The notes under the pieces: model-generated
What the model saw: the letters and a program-made list of their open reading frames with translations, nothing else
Told to the model about the DNA's origin: nothing
Database searches by the model: none
Assembly (NCBI GenBank): GCA_905202595.1
Contig: CAJKSP010000002.1
Location: 13,870 to 77,869, forward strand
Direction of reading: 5' to 3'
DNA from: an uncultured Sutterella sp.
GTDB taxonomy: Bacteria > Pseudomonadota > Gammaproteobacteria > Burkholderiales > Burkholderiaceae_F
DNA: 64,000 nt
Made by a program: the position numbers and the translations under genes
Shown here: piece by piece, positions 37,611 to 47,724 of the stretch
How positions within the stretch are numbered: position 1 is the first letter of the stretch
Layout: each line of letters begins with the position of its first letter

Positions 37611-38360
37611 TTAGAGCACGCGCTTCAGGAAGGCGCGGGTGCGCTCTTCCTTCGGATTGACGAGGATGTCCTTCGGCGAGCCCTGCTCGATGATGTGGCC
37701 GCCGTCCATAAAGACGACGCGGTCGGCCACTTCGCGGGCAAAGCCGATTTCATGTGTGACGACGATCATGGTCATGCCCGTTTCGGCGAGCTTCGTCATG
37801 ACGGCGAGCACTTCGCCCACGAGCTCCGGGTCGAGTGCCGAGGTGGGCTCATCAAAGAGCATCACCTTCGGATCCATGGCAAGAGCGCGCGCAATGGCGA
37901 CGCGCTGCTGCTGGCCGCCGGAGAGGCGGGCCGGATAGTCGTCGGCGCGCTCCTTGAGGCCCACCTGGTCGAGCAGGCGGAGCGCCACTTCCTTGGCTTG
38001 CGCCGCGCCGCGCTTCATCACGATCATCTGCGCGAGCATGACGTTTTCGAGCACCGTCTTGTGCGGCCAGAGGTTGAAGCGCTGGAACACCATGCCGAGA
38101 TGCTCGCGCAGGCGGTTGATGTCCGTCTTGGGGCTCGTCACTTCCATGCCGCCCACGATGATCGTGCCGCCGCTCACGTCTTCGAGCGCGTTGATGCAGC
38201 GCAGCATCGTCGACTTGCCGGATCCGGAAGGACCGAGCACGACGACCTTTTCGCCCGGGTAGACCGAGAAGTCGATGTGGTCGAGCACGCGGTGCTCGCC
38301 GAAGTCCTTCACCAGGCCCTTGATTTCAACGATGGGCTTCTGATTCTTGTCTGCTGTCAT
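37611..38360 (-). CDS. polar amino acid ABC transporter ATP-binding protein (GlnQ/ArtP-like)
   Basis: 249 aa with Walker [10 protein letters not shown], signature [15 protein letters not shown], Walker [12 protein letters not shown] and the H-loop. Confidence 0.9.
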   Translation of the reverse strand: MTADKNQKPIVEIKGLVKDFGEHRVLDHIDFSVYPGEKVVVLGPSGSGKSTMLRCINALEDVSGGTIIVGGMEVTSPKTDINRLREHLGMVFQRFNLWPHKTVLENVMLAQMIVMKRGAAQAKEVALRLLDQVGLKERADDYPARLSGGQQQRVAIARALAMDPKVMLFDEPTSALDPELVGEVLAVMTKLAETGMTMIVVTHEIGFAREVADRVVFMDGGHIIEQGSPKDILVNPKEERTRAFLKRVL

Positions 38361-39112
38361 TTGAGTCCCTCATCGCCCTTGCCGAGATGGGCTTCAAGCT
38401 TGCGGATGCCGAAGGCGAGGAGCAGCGTCATCGCCCAGTAGACCAGAGAAATCGTGATGTAAGGCTCCCAGTAGCGGGCGGATGCGCCGGCAACCGTGCG
38501 GGCGGCGTAGGCGAGTTCGGCAAGGCCGATGGCCGACACCAGCGACGAGTCCTTCAGAATGGAGATGGCGTTGTTGCCGAGGGCGGGCAGCATGCGGCGG
38601 AAGGCCTGCGGCAGGATGATGTGGCGCATGGCCTGCCAGAACGTCATGCCGAGGCTGCGCGCGCTCTCCATCTGTCCCTTGTCGAGCGACTGAATGCCGG
38701 CGCGGAAGACTTCCGACATGTAGGCGCCGGCATTGAGCGTGATCGCCGTGACGCCGGCGAGGAAGGCGCCGTAGTTGGCGCGCAGCTCGCGGGCGAGCGC
38801 GCCGTCAATGAGCAGGCCGTCCACCGGGTGGATGAAGACCGGCAGCACGGCAAAGTGCATGAGGAAGATCTGCACGAAGAGCGGCGTGCCGCGGAAGAAG
38901 CTCACGTAGACCGCAATCGGCCAGCGCACGCACACGTGCAGGATCCGGTTGAGCGAATGGCTGCGGGCGCCGGCGAGGCGGCCCATGCCGAGCAGCATGC
39001 CGAGAATGACGCCGAGCACCACGCAGATGACGGTGATTTCCACTGTCATCTCTGCGCCATGCACGAAGAGCGGCCAGTATTCGACGATTACGTCGGAGCG
39101 AAAGCCTGACAT
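38357..39112 (-). CDS. polar amino acid ABC transporter permease (His/Glu/Gln/Arg/opine family)
   Basis: Start [16 protein letters not shown]... at 39112. The EAA-loop-like ...[22 protein letters not shown].. is present. The start overlaps the ATPase gene by 4 nt. The track ORF upstream extension is a GC artefact. Confidence 0.85.
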   Translation of the reverse strand: MSGFRSDVIVEYWPLFVHGAEMTVEITVICVVLGVILGMLLGMGRLAGARSHSLNRILHVCVRWPIAVYVSFFRGTPLFVQIFLMHFAVLPVFIHPVDGLLIDGALARELRANYGAFLAGVTAITLNAGAYMSEVFRAGIQSLDKGQMESARSLGMTFWQAMRHIILPQAFRRMLPALGNNAISILKDSSLVSAIGLAELAYAARTVAGASARYWEPYITISLVYWAMTLLLAFGIRKLEAHLGKGDEGLK

Positions 39113-39211
39113 CAGTGAATCCCTAGGCGGTTGATGTTGGAGAAAAGAGGGGAGGAGGAATAACACAGGGAGCGGCTTCTCTGAAAGAGCCGCCGCCGAA
39201 TATGCCGACGC

Positions 39212-39271
39212 CGGATGTCCATCCGCTGCAGGATGTGCATCCGGCGCCGCAGGCGCTCTCGTAAGAGCGCC
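39212..39271. repeat. cluster of REP-like palindromes in the SBP-permease intergenic region
   Basis: CGGATG-tc-CATCCG, then CTGCAG, then GGATG-tg-CATCC, then GGCGCTCT-cgta-AGAGCGCC (perfect 8-bp stem). There are no T-tracts. Confidence 0.4.
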
Positions 39272-39293
39272 TGAGAATACAGAATGGCTTGGT

Positions 39294-40064
39294 TTACGGG
39301 AGCTTCGGAGCTTCGCCGCCGAACCACTTCTTGTAAACTTCAGCGTAGGCGCCGGAATCAATGGCCTTCTGGAGGCCGAGATTCACGTCGTCGAGCACCT
39401 TCTTGTTGCCCTTGCGCACGCCAATGCCGAAGTACTGCTCCTGGAAGCTCGGATCGCGGCACTGATTGAACTGCTTGTCGGGATTCTGCGTTACATAGTA
39501 CTGCAGGACGCCGACGTCGCCGATCATGGCGTCCACGCCGCCGTTGAAGAGCTCTTCAATGGCGAGCGGCGTGTTGTCGAAGCGGCGGATGTTGGGCGAG
39601 GCCTTGCCGAAGGCGTTCGAAGCGGCGATGTCGCCAGCCGAGGCGTTCACGACGGCGATGAGCTTGCCCTTGAGCTCGGCGAGCGAGTTGATCTTGAGGT
39701 TCTTGTTCGTCAGGATCAGCTGATGCGCGAGGAAGTAGGGCTTGGAGAAGTCGACTTCGGCCTTGCGCTGGTCGGTGATCGTAATGCCCGACATGATGAT
39801 GTCGCGGTCGCCGTTCTTCACGGTGTTGAAGATGCCGTCCCACGGGGTGTTGATGAACTTCACCTCAAAGCCGGCTTCCTTGGCGATGGCCTTCATCAGG
39901 TCGACGTCAAAGCCCACGAGCTCCTTGTTGGGCGTTTCAAACTCAAACGGACGATACGTCGCGCCAGTGCCGACGATGTAGGTCGTCGCGGCGGCGGCGA
40001 GGCTGGACGCAAAGGCGCCGGCAACAATGGCGGCAACCGCGGCGGACTTGACGAACTTGAACAT
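39294..40064 (-). CDS. polar amino acid ABC transporter substrate-binding protein (GlnH-like)
   Basis: Signal peptide MFKFVKSAAVAAIVAGAFASSLAAA, then ...YIVGTGATYRPFEF..VGFDVDLMKAIA... is the SBP_bac_3 fold. Confidence 0.85.
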   Translation of the reverse strand: MFKFVKSAAVAAIVAGAFASSLAAAATTYIVGTGATYRPFEFETPNKELVGFDVDLMKAIAKEAGFEVKFINTPWDGIFNTVKNGDRDIIMSGITITDQRKAEVDFSKPYFLAHQLILTNKNLKINSLAELKGKLIAVVNASAGDIAASNAFGKASPNIRRFDNTPLAIEELFNGGVDAMIGDVGVLQYYVTQNPDKQFNQCRDPSFQEQYFGIGVRKGNKKVLDDVNLGLQKAIDSGAYAEVYKKWFGGEAPKLP

Positions 40065-40482
40065 GTCGTGCTCTCCAGTGTTCAAAAGCATGTGTAGGGA
40101 GGCTCATTCCGAGCCCGCAAAGATTGTCATGATTTTCTTCGGCGCGGTCCACAGCAGAAGGCCTTAGCGGAAAAAAGAAAAAAGAGCGTCCGAGGCAAAG
40201 GCCAAATTGGGTACAAGCATTTGCCTAATTGCTGATTTTTGGCGACAAATGCATTGAAAATGGCGATGTTGGCGCCATCAGGATGGTAGCTTCAGACAAA
40301 TGGCTGAGCTGTTGCATCCGCAGAGGTAATCCCAAAGAAGAGTCTGCTTGAAGGAGTGCGCGGGGTTGCAAGCCTGTAGCATGAGGACCCGTAATTTTTT
40401 GAAGCGCCGCACGCTTCTTTTTGAGCTGATTTTCCCGCCTGAACGCGCGCCGCTTTGATGCAGATCTTTGGAGGAGCTTTTC

Positions 40483-41298
40483 ATGGCTAACGATGCGCCG
40501 TCGACGGATGCCTATACGCCTGCGCAGGTAACGGAAAAGGTGCTCGGGCTTGCTGCGAGCAAGACCGCGCTTACTTGGCAGCGGCAGCTGCCGCTCACGG
40601 CGCTTGCCGGCGCTTACATCGGCATTGCCGCCCTTTTCTCCTCGCTCGTTTCCGGGGAAGCTGCTTTTCCTTATGCGGCGCAGAAGCTTGCAGCCGGTGC
40701 GGTCTTCTCCGTCGGGCTTCTTCTCGTCGTCGTGGCGGGTGCAGAGCTCTTCACCGGCAACGCCATGATTGCGGCCGGCGCTGCCGACGGGCGCATCAGC
40801 TGGCGCACCGCCGCCGGGAACTGGGTGCGAGTCTGGCTCGGCAATCTTCTCGGCGCGCTCGTTCTTGTGGCGCTCGTCTACTTCTCGCACATCGCCGACG
40901 GCGGCAATGTGGGGCGCGGCCTGCTTTCAACCGCTGCGGCCAAGGTCTCGGCGGGATGGGGCGCCATCTTCTTCAAGGGCATTCTCTGCAACCTGCTCGT
41001 CTGCCTTGGCGTCTGGATGAGCTACGCCGCTCGGGGCGTGGCGGACAAGATGGCGGCCGTCTTTCTTCCGGTGACGGCCTTTGTGGCGCTCGGCTTCGAG
41101 CACTGCGTCGCCAATATGTTCTTCCTGCCGATGGCGTATTTGGTGAAGCTTTCGGGCTTTGCGCCCGAAGGGATCAATACGGCGGCAATTACGATCGGCG
41201 CGATTCTGAAGAATCTTTCTGCGGCCACGCTCGGCAATCTCGTGGCGGGCGCCGCGCTGGCGCTCCTTTACCGCGCGGCCTACGTGGTGAAGCGCTGA
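40483..41298 (+). CDS. formate/nitrite transporter (FNT family, FocA/NirC-like)
   Basis: Start MANDAPSTDAY (GGAGGAG RBS 7 nt upstream). ...LVVVAGAELFTGN... and ...CNLLVCLGVWM... are FNT signature regions. Confidence 0.85.
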   Translation: MANDAPSTDAYTPAQVTEKVLGLAASKTALTWQRQLPLTALAGAYIGIAALFSSLVSGEAAFPYAAQKLAAGAVFSVGLLLVVVAGAELFTGNAMIAAGAADGRISWRTAAGNWVRVWLGNLLGALVLVALVYFSHIADGGNVGRGLLSTAAAKVSAGWGAIFFKGILCNLLVCLGVWMSYAARGVADKMAAVFLPVTAFVALGFEHCVANMFFLPMAYLVKLSGFAPEGINTAAITIGAILKNLSAATLGNLVAGAALALLYRAAYVVKR

Positions 41299-41439
41299 TC
41301 TCGAAGAGCTTCGCAGCAGCGGCAAGGCGGACGCAAACGCGTCCGCCTTTTGCCGTTTGGGGCAAGCTGCCGATCTGTCGAGCGTCCTTCATTTCTGCGA
41401 AGATTTCGACTTCAAGCATTTTCATCCGTATCCCCCTTC

Positions 41440-42369
41440 ATGCCTTCGATTGACTTTCATCCGCTTAGCTTTGACGATCTGACGCTCCTGCGCCGCTATC
41501 TGCCGCATTACGGTACTGGAGACTGCAATCTCTCGCTGGCTTCGCTTCTGATGCGCGGTCCGCAGCGGGGCGTGCAGATCGCCGAATGGCAGAATCACCT
41601 TTTCATCGACTGGACGCCGATCGGCTTTGACGAAGGCTTCCGAGCGATGCAGTTTCCGCTCGGGTGCTGCGCGAGCGCGGAGCTTCTCGCCGCGCTTGAA
41701 GCCCAGGCGCTGAACGCAGGCCGTCCGCTGCGCCTCTACGGCATCATTCCCGACATTCTCCTCTGGCTGCAGAAGCTCGCGCCGGAGCGCAGCTTCCGCA
41801 TTGAATGCGCATCGGCGGGCTGGGACTATCTCTATCGGCGCGAAGCGATTGAAAGGCTGGAAGGCCGGCCTCTCGCGAAGAAGCGCAACTTTGCGCGCCG
41901 CTACCGCGCGGCGAATCCGACGCACGACTTCGTCGCGCTGTCCCGAGAGACCATCCCCATGGCAGGCGAACTTCTTGAGCGCTGGTACGCAGAGGAGCCG
42001 GGCGGCATGACGCCGTCGCTCGAAGAGGAGCGCCGCGCCATTCGAGTTGCTTTTGCACATTGGGAAGATCTCGGGCTCCTCGGCGGCCTGCTCATCTCGG
42101 AGGGCCGCGTCGACGGCCTGACCTTCGGCGCCATGGCGTCGCCGCAGGTTTTTGCCGTTCATATCGAGAAGGCCAGGCGCGAGGTTACGGGCGCTTATCA
42201 GGCGCTTGCCTCTGAACTTGCGGCAAGCCTGCCGGCGGAAGCCGTTTTCCTCAATCGCGAGGAGGATCTGGGCATTCCAGGCCTCAGAAAGGCCAAGCTC
42301 TCCTGGGCGCCCTGCGGCATGCTGCAGAAGGGCGTTGTGACGCTCGATCCGGAGCAGGCTCGGCGCTAA
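41440..42369 (+). CDS. DUF2156-domain protein (MprF C-terminal/LPG-synthase-C-like fold), standalone
   Basis: Start MPSIDFHPLSFDDLTLLRRYLPHYG... It is about 309 aa and soluble. The family assignment is from memory and is of moderate certainty. Confidence 0.5.
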   Translation: MPSIDFHPLSFDDLTLLRRYLPHYGTGDCNLSLASLLMRGPQRGVQIAEWQNHLFIDWTPIGFDEGFRAMQFPLGCCASAELLAALEAQALNAGRPLRLYGIIPDILLWLQKLAPERSFRIECASAGWDYLYRREAIERLEGRPLAKKRNFARRYRAANPTHDFVALSRETIPMAGELLERWYAEEPGGMTPSLEEERRAIRVAFAHWEDLGLLGGLLISEGRVDGLTFGAMASPQVFAVHIEKARREVTGAYQALASELAASLPAEAVFLNREEDLGIPGLRKAKLSWAPCGMLQKGVVTLDPEQARR

Positions 42370-42438
42370 GCGGCCAAGCTTGCTCGAAGCACCGGCTGGC
42401 AGTCCTTGAAAGGCTTGCCGGCCCAAGCCGCCCGCTAG

Positions 42439-43374
42439 TCAGCCGGCGGCTTTTTTCTTTTGCAGCGCCCGCACGCCTCGGCCGGTGGCATCCCAGCAGA
42501 GGAGCGAGCCGGCAACGACGAGCACCACGCCCGACCAGAAGCTTGAATCGAGCTCGGCGTGGATCCAGAACATGGCGAAGATGCAGGAAAGGACGGGCGT
42601 GAAGTACGAGGCGGCTGCGAGAATCGTCATGTTGCCCTTCGTCATGCCGCGGGTCCAGGCGGCGTAGGCTGCGCCGACGGCAAGTCCGCCGAATGCGACG
42701 GAAAGCAGTCCCTTGAGATCGGGGGACGCAGGGCCTTCGCCGACGCCGAAGAGCCAGAGCAGGCCGAAGACGATCGTGTCGATCAAAAAGATGAGGGTGC
42801 AGGGATTGGAGAGGCCGCCCCAAGCCTTCGTCATGCTCGAATAGGCCGACCAGGTCACTGCGGCCGAAAGGCCGAGCAGATACGACAGCGGGTTCTCGAG
42901 AAAGCGTGAGGCAAAGCCCGTGAGCGAAAAGCCGCTGCCGCCGCTCAGAATGACGACGATGCCGGCAAAGGCAAGCGCGATGCCGGGGAAAAGCCACCAG
43001 CGCGTGCGCACGCCGTTGAAGACGACGGCAAAGAGAATCGTGAGCGCCGGCCAAAGATAGTTGACCATGCCGACTTCCATCGTTTGCGCGCCGCCCGTGG
43101 AGGTGAAGATCGCGAGGCAGAACGAGAGCGAGCTCAGGTTTGCCGTCGGAATGCCGATGAAGAGGTAGCGCTTGTCCATCTTGCGCAGATCAGGCAGTCC
43201 GACCATGAGGAAGACGCAGACCGTCGCGACGACATAAAGAAGGAACTGTCCCATCGCCATGCCGAAGCCTTCTGCAATGCCTCGCACGAGCGAGACGGAC
43301 ATGCCCCAGCAGACGGGGGCGAAGAGACCGATCAGCGTGGCGCGGCGAACCTCGGCGTCGGCAGTGGCAGACAT
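42439..43374 (-). CDS. DMT-superfamily (EamA-like) membrane transporter
   Basis: 311 aa, 10 TM, with two EamA-like repeats. Confidence 0.75.
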   Translation of the reverse strand: MSATADAEVRRATLIGLFAPVCWGMSVSLVRGIAEGFGMAMGQFLLYVVATVCVFLMVGLPDLRKMDKRYLFIGIPTANLSSLSFCLAIFTSTGGAQTMEVGMVNYLWPALTILFAVVFNGVRTRWWLFPGIALAFAGIVVILSGGSGFSLTGFASRFLENPLSYLLGLSAAVTWSAYSSMTKAWGGLSNPCTLIFLIDTIVFGLLWLFGVGEGPASPDLKGLLSVAFGGLAVGAAYAAWTRGMTKGNMTILAAASYFTPVLSCIFAMFWIHAELDSSFWSGVVLVVAGSLLCWDATGRGVRALQKKKAAG

Positions 43375-43517
43375 GATGGAAGCGTCCTTTCAGCAAGCGG
43401 ATAGGGGGAGTGCAGAAGGCGCCGCGTCCTTTCAGGAGGCGGCGCCTTCGCAGCGTGCAGCCATTCTAGCGGCGCCGTGCCGCGTTTTCCGCTGCCGCCT
43501 CAGAGCCTGCCGCGTGC

Positions 43518-44168
43518 TTAAAGGCGGCCTTCAAGACGGTCGTTGGCCGCTCGCAGGAATTGGCGGCGCTTCTGTGCTTCGCCGGACCACCGGCCTTCGA
43601 GCAGCGGCGCCGAGCGGTCGATGAGCGCGATGACGCGTTCGTTTTCCTGCCGGTCGATGAGGCCGCCGAATTCAAAGATTGCAAAGGCGCGCGCGAGGAG
43701 CCCGCCGCGCTTGTTCCCGGCAGCTTCCTCTTCCAGCGCATGCGCTTCAAAGGCCTTGAAGAGCGCCTCCCGCGCGTCGGCGGTGCGGGCTTCATCGAGC
43801 AGCGCGCACCAGCCCGCCTCTTCGAAGTCGCAGGGCGGCTCGAGGCCGGCGGCAGCGCTTTCGCTGGCGATGAGGTCGTTGGCTTCGGCGACGAGCCGAA
43901 GCGCATCGAGCGGCGAGAGCAGACGGCCGGCATCGGCCGCAGCGGCGGCGAAGCGCTCTTCAAAGGCTGGCTTTTCGCCGTAGAAGAGCGCCGAGAGGGT
44001 CGGCAGCGCCTCGGCGCCGGCTGGGCTCTTCGCCGAGGCTTCGGCCTTTTCGTCCGCCAGCGCATCGGCAAGCTCGGCGATGCGCTGTCCAAGGTCGCGA
44101 GCAATGCGCGAGACTTCTTCAAGAAGGGCGCCTCTGGCGCCGTGAGCGGGGCAGGCGGTATCCGTCAT
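43518..44168 (-). CDS. hypothetical acidic protein
   Basis: 216 aa, Ala/Glu-rich and predicted helical. I recognise no family. Confidence 0.5.
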   Translation of the reverse strand: MTDTACPAHGARGALLEEVSRIARDLGQRIAELADALADEKAEASAKSPAGAEALPTLSALFYGEKPAFEERFAAAAADAGRLLSPLDALRLVAEANDLIASESAAAGLEPPCDFEEAGWCALLDEARTADAREALFKAFEAHALEEEAAGNKRGGLLARAFAIFEFGGLIDRQENERVIALIDRSAPLLEGRWSGEAQKRRQFLRAANDRLEGRL

Positions 44169-44408
44169 GGTGATCCTGCAAATGGAGAGAACTGTCTGGG
44201 ACGCCGGCAGCCCCGCCGGAGCTGGGCGGCCGAATGTTCAAGCATAGCGGGGCGGGCGCTGCCGCCACAATCAGCACGCTGGCGCTCGGCATCGCCGCCG
44301 GGGGAAAGAGAAGGAACCCGGCGCGGCCTGCTGTATGATCAGGCCATTCATTCTCATTCGATCAGGACCGGTTCGGCGCGAGGCCGCGCCGCGCCCGCAG
44401 TGTGAAGC

Positions 44409-46703
44409 ATGCTTCTGAGCTTCGTGACGAAATGCGCCGGGAAGGTCCCGCGCAAGCCGGTGCGCCAGGCAGTGCGCCGCTCTACTCTCTGCGCCGCCTT
44501 AGCGCCGGCGCTTTTTGCTGCGGCGTCGCTTGCCGCTGAAGCGGCGTCGGCCGTTTCGCTGGGCAGCCTGACGGTGCAGAGCAGGCCGGGCGAGCCGCTC
44601 AATGCGGTGCTGGAGATCAACGATGTTGATCTCACCGTGTCGCCGCTTCTGGTTCGCGTGGCGCCTCCCGCCACATATCTGCGGCAGGGCGTGAGCTGGC
44701 CCGAACAGGCGCAGGATCTTCGCATCACGCGCGACGGCGCCAACAGCGGCGTCCGCGTTCGGGTGGTCGGCGAAGAGAGCTTCCAGGGCGGCTTTCCGCT
44801 GCTGATTGAGCTCAATGCGGGCGGCGTCGTGACCGTTCGCGAATATGCGATCGAGCCGCAGGACGGACGCTACGTCGTCACAGCTTCAGCTGAGCATACG
44901 ACGGTGTCCGCTGAAGCCGTGCAGGCCGCGAAAGAGGCCGCTGCGAGGCGCGAAGCGGCGGCGGCCGGAAAGCCTGCCGTGCCTATGGCGCCGGCTCCAC
45001 GCTTCTCCGAGGCTGAACCCGCATCTGCGCGGGCCCTGGCGTCGCCGGCGTCGGCCGAGGCGGACGACTCTTCCAAGCCTGCGGCTGCGCCGCAGCGCCG
45101 CGGCCGCTTTGCGCCCAATGTCGTGAAGGAGTACGTGGCGCTCAACGGCTTTGATGCTGAAAAGCCCTTTGTCGTGCAGCGCGACATGACCCTTTGGTCC
45201 ATCGCGAAGCTCTACTGGCCAAGCTACCCGGGCGCGACGCTCGAGCAGCTCGCTCTCGCGCTCACCGACCGCAATCCCAATGCGTTCGTCGACGGCAGTC
45301 CGGCGCATATAGTCGTCGGGGAGAAGCTGGAGGCGCCGTCTTCCACGCTCGTCTTCTCGACGGACGCGCTCTCGTCCTTCCGCACCATGCACGGCGAGAA
45401 GACGGCGGTGCCGCTCCCGACGCAGAATCTCATTGATGCACAGGCGGTTTCGCGCGAATGCGCCGAAGCCGTGGCCAACGCGCAGAACGCAGCGAAGAGC
45501 GGCGGCGCGAGCGTAGAAGCCGTGGGCGAAGCCGGCCGCAAGGCGCTGGCTGACTGGAAGGCGAAGGCGGCCGAAGAGGCTGCTCCCGCTTCGGGCGGCG
45601 CGCCGGCCGCAAGCGCTTCAGCGGCTGATGCCGCTCCGGCGCCAAGCGCCGCAGCGGCGGATGCAGCCTCGTCTGTTGAGCCTGCCTCGCCTGCCGACCC
45701 TGTCGAGCCGTCCGCTGCCGAAACGTCTGCTCCGACGCTGGCTTCCGATGCGGAGCCGTCCGCCGCTTCCGCAGGCGGGACGGCGGCGCCTTCAGGCGCA
45801 GAAAGCGGCTTTTTGAATGGCCGGCTTGGCATGGCGGCGGTTGTCGTGCTCTGCCTTATTGCGCTCATGGCCTGGCTGCGCAGAAGCCGCAAGAGCCGCG
45901 ATGAGGACAAATCGTCCGGCAAGACGCCCGCATCCGGCCGAGTGGCCTTCCAGAAGACAGTGGCGCCCTCGACGGCCGCGCAGCTTCAGGCTGTTGACGC
46001 GGCGGTGAGCGAAGCGGTGAAGAACGGCACGACGGCCGGCGCCATGGGCGCAGGGACGGCAGCCTATGTCCGCGCGCAGATGGCTGAGGACAAAAAGGCC
46101 GCATCGGCTGAGAAAGCTGTCGACAAGTCCGAAGCGCAGGCACAAGACAGCGGCGCACCCGCAGCGGCAGAGAGCGCGGCTGCGCCGGCAGATCAGCCCT
46201 GGCTCAGCCCCGACGACGACGAACTGCCGCCGCTCGATCCAGAGGAGGCGGCGCAGAAGAGCGGTCCTCAAGGCCTTCAGTCTGCAGAGGAGATTCTGAA
46301 GAGCGTCGACCTCTCGCTTGAAGCCGACGATTCGGCCAAGGCTGCCCTCGCGGCGGAAGCGGGCCTTGCCGCTGCGGCAGCGCCCGGCAAGCCTGGCGCT
46401 GAGCATGTGCCGCCTCTCGAATCCGTTTCCATTGAAGGCGAGGCTGCGCCGGCTGCTCAGTCGCAGGCCGCAGAAGCGGCGCCTGCGCCTGCGCCTGCCG
46501 AGCCGCCGAAGTCCCTCCAGGCGCAGAAGGAAGAGGCGCAGAATCAGGCGCTTGAAGCCAAGCTCAAGCTTGCCGGCTCCTTCATCGGACTCGGCGCCGT
46601 AAAGGAGGCGCGCGAGCTGCTTCTTGAAGTCCGCCGTCAAGGCACGCCCGAGCAGCGCGAACGCGCGCTCGCACTCGAATCGAAGCTGGAGAGCGCCTCG
46701 TGA
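44409..46703 (+). CDS. fimV: FimV/HubP-family protein (LysM-like domain, single TM, acidic linker, FimV C-terminal motif)
   Basis: 764 aa with signal/TM, a LysM-like VVQRDMTLWSIAKLYWPSY, mid-protein TM AAVVVLCLIALMAWL, a long A/E/P-rich low-complexity region and the C-terminal ..LKLAGSFIGLGAVKEARELLLEV.. motif. truA sits immediately downstream, which is the canonical fimV-truA arrangement. Confidence 0.8.
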   Translation: MLLSFVTKCAGKVPRKPVRQAVRRSTLCAALAPALFAAASLAAEAASAVSLGSLTVQSRPGEPLNAVLEINDVDLTVSPLLVRVAPPATYLRQGVSWPEQAQDLRITRDGANSGVRVRVVGEESFQGGFPLLIELNAGGVVTVREYAIEPQDGRYVVTASAEHTTVSAEAVQAAKEAAARREAAAAGKPAVPMAPAPRFSEAEPASARALASPASAEADDSSKPAAAPQRRGRFAPNVVKEYVALNGFDAEKPFVVQRDMTLWSIAKLYWPSYPGATLEQLALALTDRNPNAFVDGSPAHIVVGEKLEAPSSTLVFSTDALSSFRTMHGEKTAVPLPTQNLIDAQAVSRECAEAVANAQNAAKSGGASVEAVGEAGRKALADWKAKAAEEAAPASGGAPAASASAADAAPAPSAAAADAASSVEPASPADPVEPSAAETSAPTLASDAEPSAASAGGTAAPSGAESGFLNGRLGMAAVVVLCLIALMAWLRRSRKSRDEDKSSGKTPASGRVAFQKTVAPSTAAQLQAVDAAVSEAVKNGTTAGAMGAGTAAYVRAQMAEDKKAASAEKAVDKSEAQAQDSGAPAAAESAAAPADQPWLSPDDDELPPLDPEEAAQKSGPQGLQSAEEILKSVDLSLEADDSAKAALAAEAGLAAAAAPGKPGAEHVPPLESVSIEGEAAPAAQSQAAEAAPAPAPAEPPKSLQAQKEEAQNQALEAKLKLAGSFIGLGAVKEARELLLEVRRQGTPEQRERALALESKLESAS

Positions 46704-47527
46704 CGGCGGCGCTTTCTATGCCGGCCGACGCAGGCGGCGCGCAGAGCTACGCGCTCGGGATTGAGTATCGCGGCACGGACTTCAACGGCTGGCAGGTGCA
46801 GCCTGACCGCCCCACTGTTCAGGCCGCGCTGGAGTCGGCGCTCTCTAGCTTTCTCTGCGAGCCTGTGGCGACGATCTGCGCCGGGCGCACCGATGCGGGC
46901 GTGCATGCAACGCACCAGGTCGTGAGCTTTTCGACGAGCGCGAAGCGGCCCGCCCGAAGCTGGATCCGGGGCGTGAACCGCTACTTGCCGAAGACGGTGG
47001 CGGTGCGCTGGGCGCGCGAGGTGCCGCCGGACTTTCATGCGCGCTTCAGCGCGCGCTCCCGCACCTACGAGTATTGGATTCTCAACGACGCCGTCCGCTC
47101 GCCTGTTCTTGAAGACATGACGGGCTGGGTATGGCGTCCGCTCGACGTCGAGCTCATGCGCGAGGGCGCGAAGTGGCTCATCGGCGAGCATGACTTCACG
47201 AGCTTCCGGGCGGCGGAATGCCAGGCGGCGACGCCCGTGAGAACCGTGAAGGCGCTTCAGATCGCGCGTCTCGGGCGCTTAGTCGGCGTGCGCATTCAGG
47301 CCAACGCCTTCCTGCAGCACATGGTGCGCAACATCGTCGGCGCGCTCATCTATGTCGGCACCGGCCGCGAAAAGCCGCTCTGGATCAAGGAGGCCCTCGA
47401 GGCCAAAGCCCGGTCGGCTGCGGCGCCTACCTTCAGCCCGTCGGGCCTCTATCTGACGGGGGTCGACTATCCGGATTCGGATCTGCCGCAGGAAACGGGC
47501 GGCCCCTTCGGCGACGTCTTTTCCTGA
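46700..47527 (+). CDS. truA: tRNA pseudouridine(38-40) synthase TruA
   Basis: 275 aa with ...YALGIEYRGTDFNGWQVQ..GRTDAGVHATHQVVSF..., the TruA catalytic Asp motif. The start overlaps the fimV stop by 4 nt. Confidence 0.9.
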   Translation: MTAALSMPADAGGAQSYALGIEYRGTDFNGWQVQPDRPTVQAALESALSSFLCEPVATICAGRTDAGVHATHQVVSFSTSAKRPARSWIRGVNRYLPKTVAVRWAREVPPDFHARFSARSRTYEYWILNDAVRSPVLEDMTGWVWRPLDVELMREGAKWLIGEHDFTSFRAAECQAATPVRTVKALQIARLGRLVGVRIQANAFLQHMVRNIVGALIYVGTGREKPLWIKEALEAKARSAAAPTFSPSGLYLTGVDYPDSDLPQETGGPFGDVFS

Positions 47528-47724
47528 GCGGCGCCGGACTGAGGGCGGCCTTCCTTTCTTCCGCCGTACGGCCTAGCGCCTCGATGAGGCCGAGAGCCGG
47601 CGGGCGGCGGAGGCTGCGGCCGTATAATTGCGCCGACAAATCAGAATGGGGAGCCGCCTCCCCGCGGAGGCGCGTGCCGAACGCGCGCGCTGATCCGCGA
47701 TTGCATAGCTAGCAAGGATTTTGA

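Noticed and set aside
40092-40482. FNR/NarL-type operator upstream of the FNT channel gene (TTGATgcagATCTT near 40455)
   Set aside because: Only one half-site matches TTGAT-N4-ATCAA, so the evidence is insufficient. The region is noted only as lower-GC and AT-richer promoter DNA.
42395-42432. Terminator-like GCCGCCCGC-tagtca-GCCGGCGGC plus TTTTTTC after the DUF2156 gene
   Set aside because: The hairpin and T-tract lie inside the 3' end of the convergent DMT gene and encode its ...KKKAAG C-terminus. It is plausible but not clearly functional, so it is not listed as a feature.
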